A stretch of DNA of 50,601 nucleotides, from positions 1 through 50,601 of the forward strand of contig JBBSHB010000004.1 in NCBI GenBank assembly GCA_038253515.1, read 5' to 3'. The position numbers and the translations under genes are program-made. Source of the stretch: Gemmatimonadales bacterium (lineage in GTDB: Bacteria > Gemmatimonadota > Gemmatimonadetes > Gemmatimonadales > GWC2-71-9). The notes under the pieces were generated by a model. It was not told the DNA's origin and made no database searches. It saw only the letters and a program-made list of their open reading frames with translations. How positions within the stretch are numbered: the stretch's first letter is position 1; every line of letters starts with the position of its first letter. Of the stretch, positions 21,050 to 29,595 are shown piece after piece.

Positions 21050-21307
21050 GGCCTCGAGGGCCTCCGCAACCGGCTGTTCCGCTCCGGCGTGGCCGTCATC
21101 ACGATCAAGCCGGGCTTCGTCGACACGCCGATGACCGCGGAGGTGCCGAAAAACGTTCTCTTCGCGAGCCCTCGGCGAGTCGGCCGCGCCATCTACCGTG
21201 CGATCGAGGCACGCCGGAGCGTCGTGTACATTCCCTGGTTCTGGCGGCCCATCATGTTTCTCGTCACCGCCTTGCCCGAATCCATTTTCCAGCGACTCCG
21301 CCTATGA
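21050..21307 (+). pseudogene. 3' remnant of a short-chain dehydrogenase/reductase
   Basis: LEGLRNRL...IKPGFVDTPMT...YIPWFWRPIM is the SDR segment after the YxxxK motif. The Rossmann fold, YxxxK and a plausible start are missing. Confidence 0.8.
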
Positions 21308-22968
21308 GGACACTCATGCCCCTCCTCCGCTTCGTCTGCCTGGTCGGCCTGTTGCTCCACGCGGGCGCCGCCGAAGCCCAGCAGATCAGCCGGGCGACTT
21401 CGCCGGAAGCCCGGGTGGCACGAGCGGTGGAGCCCCGGGTGTTTCGGGCACATCTCGAGTTCCTGGCGGACGACGCCCTCGAAGGGCGCGCACCCGGCAC
21501 GCGGGGCGGGGCAACGGCCGCGAAATACATCGCCACCCAGTTCGAGCGCCTGGGGCTGGTGCCGGGGGGCGACAGCGGCAGCTACTTCCAGCGGGTACCG
21601 ATCATCACGCTGACCCCACAGCCGTCGCTGACGGTCGGCGGGGCCCAGCCGGCACCGCTCGCGTGGAAGAAGGATTTCGTCATGTGGTCGATGCGGAACG
21701 ACTCCCTGGTGAACCTTCACGCCGACCCGGTCTTTGTGGGCTACGGCATCGTGGCACCGGAATACGGCTGGAACGATTACGCCGGGGTAGACGTGAAGGG
21801 CAAGCTAGTCATCACCCTGACCAACGATCCCGGTCTGCGGGACTCGACCCTCTTCCGAGGCAAGATCCTCACCTACTACGGCCGGTGGACGTACAAGATC
21901 GAGGAGGCTCGCCGGCAGGGCGCGGCCGGGATCCTCATGATTCACACCACCGAAAGTGCCACCTACCCGTGGACCACCGTCCTCTCCAGCTGGTCCGGCC
22001 CTCAGGTCCGCCTGGAGACCGAGCCCAGCTCGCTCCTGGTGGCCGGCTGGCTGCAGCAGGATGCGGCCGCCCGGCTCTTCAGCCAGGGTGGTCAGGATCT
22101 CGCCTCCCTGACCGAGCAGGCGTGGCACCAGGGCTTCAAGCCGGTGCCGCTCAAAAGCCAGTTGGGCGCCTCCGTGCGCAGCGCGATCCACCGCGCCGAG
22201 ACGCACAACGTCATCGGCCGCCTGCCCGGGCGCGGCCCGCTGGCGCACGAGACGGTTCTCATCGGCGGCCACTACGACCACTTCGGCATCGGCGTCCCGG
22301 TCCGCGGCGACTCGATCTACAACGGCGCCGAGGACAACGCCTCGGGCACCGCGGCCGTGCTGGCGGCAGCCGAGGCGTTCATCCGGAGCGGCGTGCGAGC
22401 CGGCCGCTCGATCCTCTTCATCGGGTTCGCAGCGGAAGAATCGGGGCTCCTCGGGTCCCAGGCATTGGCGACGGCCCCGCCGATCCCGCTCCGCGACATG
22501 GCGGCGATTCTCAACATGGACGTGATGAATCTCTACGGTCGTACCCGGGATTTCTCCGCTCTCGGCCTGGATCAATCGTCACTGGGGGAGACGATGACAC
22601 GAGCGGCGGCGGCGGAAGGGTTGCGCGTCAGCACCAATGAGGACGCGCTGATCCGAGGCTCGTACTTCCGTTCGGACCACTTCTCCCTTGCCCGGGTCGG
22701 AGTGCCGGGCACGTCCCTGGAGAGCGGCACCGACTACGTGGGCCGGCCCGCGGGCTGGGGCAAAGAACAGCAGGACGAATACGTCGCCAAGCGATACCAC
22801 CAGCCGAGCGATGAGCTCCTTCCCTGGTTCACCAACGACGGCGTTGTCCAACAGCTTCGTGTCATCGTCAGGACAGCAGTGGCGGTCGGGAATGACCCCC
22901 ATCAACCTACCTGGAATCCCCACTCCGAGTTCCGCCGCGCCGGTGAGGAGCGGACTGCCCATAAGTGA
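21304..22968 (+). CDS. Secreted M28 peptidase with PA-like insert
   Basis: Signal peptide AEA-QQ; FVGYGIVAPEY, TYYGRWTYK, GHYDH, GAEDNASG, AEESG, RSDHF and YHQPSD motifs. Confidence 0.93.
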   Translation: MRTLMPLLRFVCLVGLLLHAGAAEAQQISRATSPEARVARAVEPRVFRAHLEFLADDALEGRAPGTRGGATAAKYIATQFERLGLVPGGDSGSYFQRVPIITLTPQPSLTVGGAQPAPLAWKKDFVMWSMRNDSLVNLHADPVFVGYGIVAPEYGWNDYAGVDVKGKLVITLTNDPGLRDSTLFRGKILTYYGRWTYKIEEARRQGAAGILMIHTTESATYPWTTVLSSWSGPQVRLETEPSSLLVAGWLQQDAAARLFSQGGQDLASLTEQAWHQGFKPVPLKSQLGASVRSAIHRAETHNVIGRLPGRGPLAHETVLIGGHYDHFGIGVPVRGDSIYNGAEDNASGTAAVLAAAEAFIRSGVRAGRSILFIGFAAEESGLLGSQALATAPPIPLRDMAAILNMDVMNLYGRTRDFSALGLDQSSLGETMTRAAAAEGLRVSTNEDALIRGSYFRSDHFSLARVGVPGTSLESGTDYVGRPAGWGKEQQDEYVAKRYHQPSDELLPWFTNDGVVQQLRVIVRTAVAVGNDPHQPTWNPHSEFRRAGEERTAHK

Positions 22969-23017
22969 CAGGAACTTAGCTAGCCTTACTTCTCTCTTGC
23001 CACACACTTAGGTAGAT

Positions 23018-24166
23018 TTGCGGCCGCTTGACCCCTGGCCCCCCTCCCCAGGAGCGTTTCTGGAACTGCCTACCCAACACCGGATTCCGCTCGCCTGGCT
23101 GCTAGAGAACGCCGGAGCGTCAGTCCGGTACCGCACCTACCTCGAGCTGGCTCCGCCGGGATACGCACCTCCGGAGACGATCGAGATCGCTCACCAGGCG
23201 ATTACCGAATCCAAGACCGCGCTTGCGGTCGTGAAGAAGCAGAAGGACACTGGAGTGTGGGGAGGCAACCTCCTGGGTCTGGCGCCGTCGCCGGCCCAGG
23301 GGGTCAAGGACGTCGGCACGATTCCGCAGTATCGCCGCCTGCTCCAGCTCGCGTGGCCCAGGTCGAGTCGGCCGTTCAAGCTCGCCGACCGCGTGCTGTT
23401 CCGTCTGCTCTCGCGGGACGACGATCCTGCCCTCCTCTTCGAGTTTCAAAAGAGCGTGAAGTCCGATCCCGACGCCGAGGCCTGGGCCCGAGGGATCATG
23501 CGGGAAGCTGCCTCGGGTGCGTTGGCGGAGGCGGGCTATGCGGAAGATCCGCGGCTCCGCGGTGCCGGGCACAAGATCGCCAACGCCATCTCGCAGTTCC
23601 TTCGCAGTCCCCTGGCGGAAAAGCCGTTCATCAAGTCGGGCAAGCAGATCGTGCTTCATCCCGAGGCCCATCCGCCGAGCTGGTATTCGGTCACCATGCT
23701 GGGCTCGATGCCCAACCTGCAACGGGAGCGCGCCGGATTCACCGAGCGCCTGGGCCACTATCTGGCGCAGCCCGCGCCGAACAAGTCGTTCGTCATCCAG
23801 GTGGGCAAGCGCACCGTCCGGCCACAGCATCTGCTGCTGGGCGATCCGATTGAGGCCGATGCGAAGGGCCTGCCCAAGGATCTGCCGCTGGCACTGCACT
23901 ACATCGAGCTCTTGGCCCGGATGGGGGCGCTCACCTGGGCGCCGGTGGCCACGAGGGTCTTGGCTCGCCTGCTCAAGGACTGCGACGACACGGGTGTGTG
24001 GCGCCCCAAGAACCTGCGGTCCCAGCCCAAGGCCCTGAACAAGATCACCTACCACTACTACCCCCTGACGGTCGACGATAAGACCACGGAAGGGCGCGAG
24101 GTGGACGTGACCTTTCGGCTCGGCTTGATCGCCAAGCTCCTGGGCTGGACACTGGAGTACGCCTGA
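23018..24166 (+). CDS. Hypothetical alpha-helical protein (possible alpha/alpha-toroid fold)
   Basis: 382-aa ORF with QKDTGVW and CDDTGVW QW-like motifs; start uncertain. Confidence 0.75.
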   Translation: MRPLDPWPPSPGAFLELPTQHRIPLAWLLENAGASVRYRTYLELAPPGYAPPETIEIAHQAITESKTALAVVKKQKDTGVWGGNLLGLAPSPAQGVKDVGTIPQYRRLLQLAWPRSSRPFKLADRVLFRLLSRDDDPALLFEFQKSVKSDPDAEAWARGIMREAASGALAEAGYAEDPRLRGAGHKIANAISQFLRSPLAEKPFIKSGKQIVLHPEAHPPSWYSVTMLGSMPNLQRERAGFTERLGHYLAQPAPNKSFVIQVGKRTVRPQHLLLGDPIEADAKGLPKDLPLALHYIELLARMGALTWAPVATRVLARLLKDCDDTGVWRPKNLRSQPKALNKITYHYYPLTVDDKTTEGREVDVTFRLGLIAKLLGWTLEYA

Positions 24167-24215
24167 GGTTGGGCCCGCCCTTGCCGGCTAGGTCGTAGTC
24201 CGCAATACTACTTCG

Positions 24216-24899
24216 ATGGCCCGAATCGATCTCACCCATTTCGGGTTCACGCCGACGGAAAGTCTGGTCTACGAGGTCCTGCTTACGGGCGGGCCGGGGA
24301 CCGGATACGCCATTGCCCGGTCGGCCGGGCTCGCACGGGCCAATGCCTACAGCGCGCTCGAGGGATTGGTCTCCAAAGGCGCGGCGCGGGTCGACCCGGG
24401 CCGGCCCAAACGCTATCGGCCGGAATCACCGACTGCCCTCATCGCCCGGATCTCCACCGACCACGGCATGGCGATGGAGCGGCTGAGCAGCGACCTCGAC
24501 ACGATCAGCGTCCCCAGCACCCCCACGCTGGTCGAGATCGAATCCGGCCGAGCCGTTCTGCAGCTCATTACCCATGACGTTGCTCGAGCGACCGTCGCGG
24601 TCTCCCTCCTTGCCCCACCCGACGCATTTCCGATTCTCGCGCCCGCCCTCCGCCGGCCGTTCTCCGCTGGGCTGCCATTGAGCCTCTGTGCGCCCGCGCC
24701 GGTGGACCTCGGATTCGCCCCGGTCCACGTCGTGCCCAACGGCCACGGCTGGCCTGGGATGCCGATCATCGCCGTGGTGGACGAGCGCAGCGCCATCCTG
24801 GCTTCCCGGGCCGGCGGCGACGTGCGCGGCCACTGGAGCACCGCTCCGGCGTTCGTGGCGGGCGCTCGCCTCGCGTTCGAGCGCTTCCGGGGATCATGA
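24216..24899 (+). CDS. TrmB-family transcriptional regulator
   Basis: FGFTPTESLVY..LL..GPGTGYAIA..AGL.RANAYSAL winged-helix pattern. Confidence 0.85.
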   Translation: MARIDLTHFGFTPTESLVYEVLLTGGPGTGYAIARSAGLARANAYSALEGLVSKGAARVDPGRPKRYRPESPTALIARISTDHGMAMERLSSDLDTISVPSTPTLVEIESGRAVLQLITHDVARATVAVSLLAPPDAFPILAPALRRPFSAGLPLSLCAPAPVDLGFAPVHVVPNGHGWPGMPIIAVVDERSAILASRAGGDVRGHWSTAPAFVAGARLAFERFRGS

Positions 24900-26455
24900 C
24901 CCAGCCGATCGACGAGGCTTTCCTGGAGCTGCAGCGGGAGTATCTCTCGGAGCTCCCCGAGCGGCTGGCCGAGATCCGGGCCGACATCGCCGCGTTCCGA
25001 GCGGGCTTGGGCGAGGCCGCCGGCTCACTCAAGGTACACTTTCACCGGCTGGCCGGATCGGGCGGCTCCTACGGATTTCCCGAGATCAGCCAGATCGCCC
25101 GGGAGCAGGAGCAGTGGATCGCGACTGGTCCGCCAAGCGCCGACGCGGGCCGCCTGGACCAGGCGGTGGAGCAGCTGGCGGCGGCCCACCGCCGGTCGGT
25201 CGCGAGTCTGAGTGGTCTACCGCCCGAGCCGACCCCGCAGCGCCGGGCCCGCCTGATCCTCCCATCCAGCCCCCAGCGGGAGCAACTCTCGGAGGCGCTC
25301 CGTCAGGAGGGGTTCGAGGTCTGTCCGAACCAGGGCAACGAGTACCCCGCGACGACGGGGACCGAACTCCTCGATCTGCTGGTGATCGGCACCGCCGCTG
25401 GTGAGGGGGACTCGTCCGCGCTCGCCTCGATCTGGACCAGGTCGTCGAGCCCCCGGCCTCGCGCCGTGGTCCTGATCGAGACGCTCAGGGCGGTGAACCG
25501 GCTTCGAGCCATCGCGGCCGGGGTCGATGCGGTCTTTCCGGTCGAGCGCATGGTGGAGGACGTTCCCCGGTATGCCCGCACGCTCGCCCGGAGCGGGCCG
25601 CCGCCGCGGGTGGTCCTCCTGGTCGAGAGTAATCCTGACCGGGCTGCCACGGTGAGCGGGCAGTTGGAGGAGGCCAACATTCGCGTGGTCCGCTGTCATC
25701 TCGCTCAGTCGGTGCGGGAGATACTCGACCGCGAGGTACCGGACCTGCTGCTTCTGGCGGTTCATCTGGCCGATTCCAGCGGCGAGGCGGTGGCCCGCAC
25801 CCTTCGTCAGGATCCCCGGCTCCGCTTCCTCCCGATCCTGTTCCTCGGGCCGGGGACGGTCGAGGACCAGATCACCGCGCTCCGGGCGGGCGGGGACGAC
25901 TTCCTTCCCTTTCCCACGCCCCCGGCTCTGTTGCTGGAGACGGTCGTCGTCCGAGCGGAGCGGAGCCGGCGCTTGCGCGAGACCCTCCATCGCGATGACC
26001 TCACGGGGCTGCTCAATCAGGTGACCCTCCTGGCCGAGCTGGACTACGCGGCCGATCACGCGCGCCGGCACGGCGGCGGGATGGCGTTCGTGGTCTTCGA
26101 TCTGGACCGCTTTCACGAGGTGAACGAGCGCTTCGGCAGTCAGGTGGGAGACCAGGTCCTGCTCCACGTCGCCAACGTCTTCCGCTCCAACGTGCGCGCG
26201 AGCGACGTGATCGGGCGATACGGCGGTGAGGAGTTCGCGATGGTGCTGCCGGGGGTGAATGCGGCCGGCGCCGCCGTGCTGGCCGCCAAGCTGCGGAAAG
26301 TGCTGGGCGAGCAGTCCGCCTCCACCCAGGAAGGCGTCATCATTCCACTGCATGTGAGCGTCGGCTGGTCCTGTTTCCCCACAGACGGAACCGCCGCGGG
26401 GGAGCTGACCCACGCGGCGGTTCGGGCCCTGCAGAGAGACAAGAGCGAGAAGTAG
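24896..26455 (+). CDS. Hpt + two degenerate receiver domains + GGDEF (diguanylate cyclase)
   Basis: FHRLAGSGGSYG (Hpt His), DDLTGLLN, RASD I-site and RYGGEEF; ATGA overlap with the TrmB gene. Confidence 0.9.
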   Translation: MTQPIDEAFLELQREYLSELPERLAEIRADIAAFRAGLGEAAGSLKVHFHRLAGSGGSYGFPEISQIAREQEQWIATGPPSADAGRLDQAVEQLAAAHRRSVASLSGLPPEPTPQRRARLILPSSPQREQLSEALRQEGFEVCPNQGNEYPATTGTELLDLLVIGTAAGEGDSSALASIWTRSSSPRPRAVVLIETLRAVNRLRAIAAGVDAVFPVERMVEDVPRYARTLARSGPPPRVVLLVESNPDRAATVSGQLEEANIRVVRCHLAQSVREILDREVPDLLLLAVHLADSSGEAVARTLRQDPRLRFLPILFLGPGTVEDQITALRAGGDDFLPFPTPPALLLETVVVRAERSRRLRETLHRDDLTGLLNQVTLLAELDYAADHARRHGGGMAFVVFDLDRFHEVNERFGSQVGDQVLLHVANVFRSNVRASDVIGRYGGEEFAMVLPGVNAAGAAVLAAKLRKVLGEQSASTQEGVIIPLHVSVGWSCFPTDGTAAGELTHAAVRALQRDKSEK

Positions 26456-26513
26456 AGTGGAACCGGCTGGTGCTGCGGGTGAGGTTCAGCTGCTTCAGGT
26501 AACACCTGGCACA

Positions 26514-26617
26514 TTCACCACGGAGACACGGAGAAACACGGGGGGTGCCACGGAGAACCACATTATTGCTGTTTTCTCCCTGTAGTTCTTCCGTGTCCTC
26601 CGTGTCTCCGTGCTGAA
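26514..26617. repeat. REP-like imperfect inverted repeat built of CACGGAG units
   Basis: Left arm TTCACCACGGAGACACGGAG. Reverse complement of the right arm is TTCAGCACGGAGACACGGAG (19/20 match). AT-rich spacer; lies between convergent genes. Confidence 0.8.
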
Positions 26618-26678
26618 CCCCCGTATCGGAACCCGCCGCGGAATGCCTTCAGCTGTGAGCCGGGATATCTGAACCTCG

Positions 26679-29219
26679 TTAGTGCCGGAACCCACCCGAC
26701 AGGGGCATCACGTCCCGAGGGTTCTTCTCGTCGCCGAACAGCAGGCGACCCTCCCGGAAGGTGGCGCCCCGAAGCGTAAGCGCCAGGACTTCGCCCAGCT
26801 CCTGCACCACGAACACTTCGATCTTCTCGCGAACCTCATCGGGCAGGTCCTCGAGATCCGGCTCGTTCTCCTTGGGCAGGATGATCTTGGTAATCCCCGA
26901 CCGGACCGCGCCGAGCACCTTCTCCTTCACGCCCCCGATCGGGAGCACGCGGCCGCGCAGAGTGATCTCGCCCGTCATGGCGATGTCGTGGCGAACCGGC
27001 CGGCCGGACAGCGCCGAGACGACCGCCGAGGCCATGGTCACGCCCGCCGAGGGTCCATCCTTGGGGATGGCGCCGGCCGGCACGTGGATGTGGATGTCCC
27101 GATCGAACATCTCATCCTGGATCTGGAGTGCCGCCGCGTGCGAGCGGGCATAGGTCCAGGCCGCCCGAGCCGACTCCTTCATCACGTCACCCAGCTGGCC
27201 GGTGAGCACCAGCTCGCCCTTTCCGCGCATGGTCGAGGCCTCGACGAACATGATGTCGCCGCCGGTCGGGGTGTAGTACATCCCCGTGGCCACGCCGACC
27301 TCGTCCTCCCGGGCCATCTTTTCGGGGTGGACCTTGGGTCGGCCGAGCAGGTCGTCCACCATCTCGCGATCGATGGTGACCTGCTCCGCCTCGTGCGCCG
27401 CGATCCTCCGCGCCACCTTGCGGGCCAGCCGGCCGATCTCCCGCTCCAGCTGGCGCACGCCGGACTCACGAGTGTAGCTGGTGATGACCTCGGACAGTGC
27501 GTCGTCGGTGATCGTCAACTGCTCGGGACTCACGCCGTTCTCGGTGAACTGGCGGGGAATGAGGTACTTCCGCGCGATCTCCCGCTTCTCCCGCTCGGTG
27601 TATCCGGCGAATTCGACCACCTCCATCCGATCGAGCAGCGGGCTCGGAATGTTCTGGATGAAGTTCGCCGTGGCAATGAAGAGGACCTCGCTCAGGTCGA
27701 ACGGGACACCCAGATAATGGTCCACGAAGCTGTCGTTCTGGGCCGGGTCGAGCACCTCGAGCAGCGCGCTCGCCGGGTCCCCCTGGAACGAGATGCCCAG
27801 CTTGTCCACTTCGTCGAGCAGGAAGACCGGGTTCTTGGTGCCGGCCTGCTTCATCCCCTGGATGATCCGTCCCGCCATGGCGCCGACGTAGGTGCGGCGA
27901 TGCCCTCGGATATCGGCCTCGTCCCGCGCGCCACCGAGGGAGATCCGGACGTACTTCCGTCCCATCGCTCGGGCGATCGACTTGGCCACCGAGGTCTTCC
28001 CCACGCCTGGAGGACCCACGAAGAGGAGAATGGGACCCTTGGCCCGGTCGTCCGGGTTTCCGGCGACGTTGGGGGCGGGCACCGTGGCCGTGGCCGCGGG
28101 CACGTCGGTCGTCTCGCCGGCTGCCACCGCCTCGGCCTTCTGTTCCGCCCGGTCCTCCGGCCCGTCCTCGGCCTGTTCCGCGGCTTCCTGCTGCATCCGG
28201 AGCTGCCGCACGGCGAGGAACTCGAGTACCCGGTCCTTGACGTCGCCCAGCGCATAGTGATCCTCGTCGAGGATCTTCTGGGCCTCGTGCAGCTCGAGGT
28301 GCTCCTTGCTGCGGACGCTCCAGGGCAGCTCGGCGATGTTCTCCAGGAAGGTCCGGATGACCTGCGACTCCATCGACTCGCGCCCGATCCGGCTGAGCCG
28401 GGAGAGCTCGCGGTCGACCTCCTTGCGCGCCTCGGGCGGCAGCTCCAGGGCCTCGAGACTCTCCCGCAGCTCCTGCAGGTCGTCCCGTTCGTCGCCCTCA
28501 CCCAGCTCCCGCTGGATGGTCTTGAGCTGCTCGCGGAGGAACATCTCCCGCTGCCGCTCGCCCAGCTCTTCCTGGACCTGGGACTTGATGTCTTCCTGCG
28601 CGTCGAGTACCCCGATCTGGCGCTGGACGTGCACCAGCACCCGCCGCAGCCGCTCCTCGACGCCGAGCGTCTCCAGCAGCATCTGCCGCTGCGCCGGGGT
28701 GATGTCGATATATCCCGCCACCAGGTCGGCGAACTTTCCGGCCTCGTTGACGCCGGCCAGCACCTGCTGGACCACCTCGTCGGGGAGGCCGGACTTCTGC
28801 CCCAGCTCGGCGGCGCGGGCTCGCGCCTCCCGGTGCAGGGCCACGAACGCCGGATCCTCCGGACTCAGCGGCGGCATCTCCTCGGCCTCACGGACGATCG
28901 ACTGGAGAAACCCTTCCTTGTCGCTGTAGTGGATCGCGATACCTCGCCGCTCGCCGTGCAGCAGCAGCTGCATCCCGGACAGTCCCCGCTGGAGCTGGCC
29001 GATGCGCGCGATCGTCCCGATGGTGTAGAGCACTTCGGGGGTGACGCTTTCGACGTTCTGTCGTTGGGATACGGCGAAGACCAGGCGGTCGGGTGTGGCC
29101 AAGGCCGCCTCGATCGCGCGGAGGGTCGCGGGGCGGCCGGCCCCGATCGGTGCGGTGACGCCGGGGAAGAGCACCACCTCGCGGAGGGGCAGGACGGGCA
29201 ATGTCAGTCGTTCGGCCAT
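26679..29219 (-). CDS. lon: ATP-dependent Lon protease
   Basis: LPLREVVLFPG, Walker A GPPGVGKTS, LLDEVDK, PKDGPSAG (Ser) and GGVKEK (Lys). Confidence 0.97.
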   Translation of the reverse strand: MAERLTLPVLPLREVVLFPGVTAPIGAGRPATLRAIEAALATPDRLVFAVSQRQNVESVTPEVLYTIGTIARIGQLQRGLSGMQLLLHGERRGIAIHYSDKEGFLQSIVREAEEMPPLSPEDPAFVALHREARARAAELGQKSGLPDEVVQQVLAGVNEAGKFADLVAGYIDITPAQRQMLLETLGVEERLRRVLVHVQRQIGVLDAQEDIKSQVQEELGERQREMFLREQLKTIQRELGEGDERDDLQELRESLEALELPPEARKEVDRELSRLSRIGRESMESQVIRTFLENIAELPWSVRSKEHLELHEAQKILDEDHYALGDVKDRVLEFLAVRQLRMQQEAAEQAEDGPEDRAEQKAEAVAAGETTDVPAATATVPAPNVAGNPDDRAKGPILLFVGPPGVGKTSVAKSIARAMGRKYVRISLGGARDEADIRGHRRTYVGAMAGRIIQGMKQAGTKNPVFLLDEVDKLGISFQGDPASALLEVLDPAQNDSFVDHYLGVPFDLSEVLFIATANFIQNIPSPLLDRMEVVEFAGYTEREKREIARKYLIPRQFTENGVSPEQLTITDDALSEVITSYTRESGVRQLEREIGRLARKVARRIAAHEAEQVTIDREMVDDLLGRPKVHPEKMAREDEVGVATGMYYTPTGGDIMFVEASTMRGKGELVLTGQLGDVMKESARAAWTYARSHAAALQIQDEMFDRDIHIHVPAGAIPKDGPSAGVTMASAVVSALSGRPVRHDIAMTGEITLRGRVLPIGGVKEKVLGAVRSGITKIILPKENEPDLEDLPDEVREKIEVFVVQELGEVLALTLRGATFREGRLLFGDEKNPRDVMPLSGGFRH

Positions 29220-29289
29220 GTTCGAAACTACTCCTTAACGGTCCCCGTTCTGGGGGAGAATGATGCCGACATGAATTCGCGCTGTGTCT

Positions 29290-29305
29290 TGCACCGTCCG
29301 TGCCA
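29290..29305 (-). promoter_or_regulatory. Sigma54 -24/-12 promoter upstream of lon
   Basis: TGGCAC-GGACG-GTGCA on the minus strand, GG-N10-GC spacing, about 70 nt before the ATG. Confidence 0.65.
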
Positions 29306-29595
29306 CAGGGGACTCCTTGCCAGCCATACTCCACAACAACTTATGGACACGGGCGAGTTCCCGCTTGCGGATCTGGCAGGAGCGCAGCGACGCGATTGTC
29401 GAAATCCCGAGTAATTCGCTGCCAATTTGACTCCCGAGCCCGCACCGATCGGGCACTACCCCGGCTCTGCGTACCCCCGCCTTCGGTTGCCGAGGGGAGG
29501 GCGTGGGTACAGATTGTCTGCCATGCTTGGCAGCACCACCGATGCCTCGTTCAGCACTTTCCCCTCCATTCCCGCACTGCAGAGGTGCACCGCGC

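Noticed and set aside
26514-26617. Possible CRISPR array
   Set aside because: Units are 7-9 bp, arranged as an inverted repeat with no unique spacers, and no cas genes are present.
26682-29414. 910-aa ORF antisense to lon, and similar long antisense ORFs (10105-12381, 15337-17151, 17179-19086, 43933-46065)
   Set aside because: Shadow ORFs expected from high GC3 bias opposite well-supported genes; no recognisable motifs.
29220-29595. Riboswitch or ncRNA in the long lon-kinase intergenic region
   Set aside because: No recognisable conserved structure; divergent promoters explain it. An Rfam search would be needed to exclude one.
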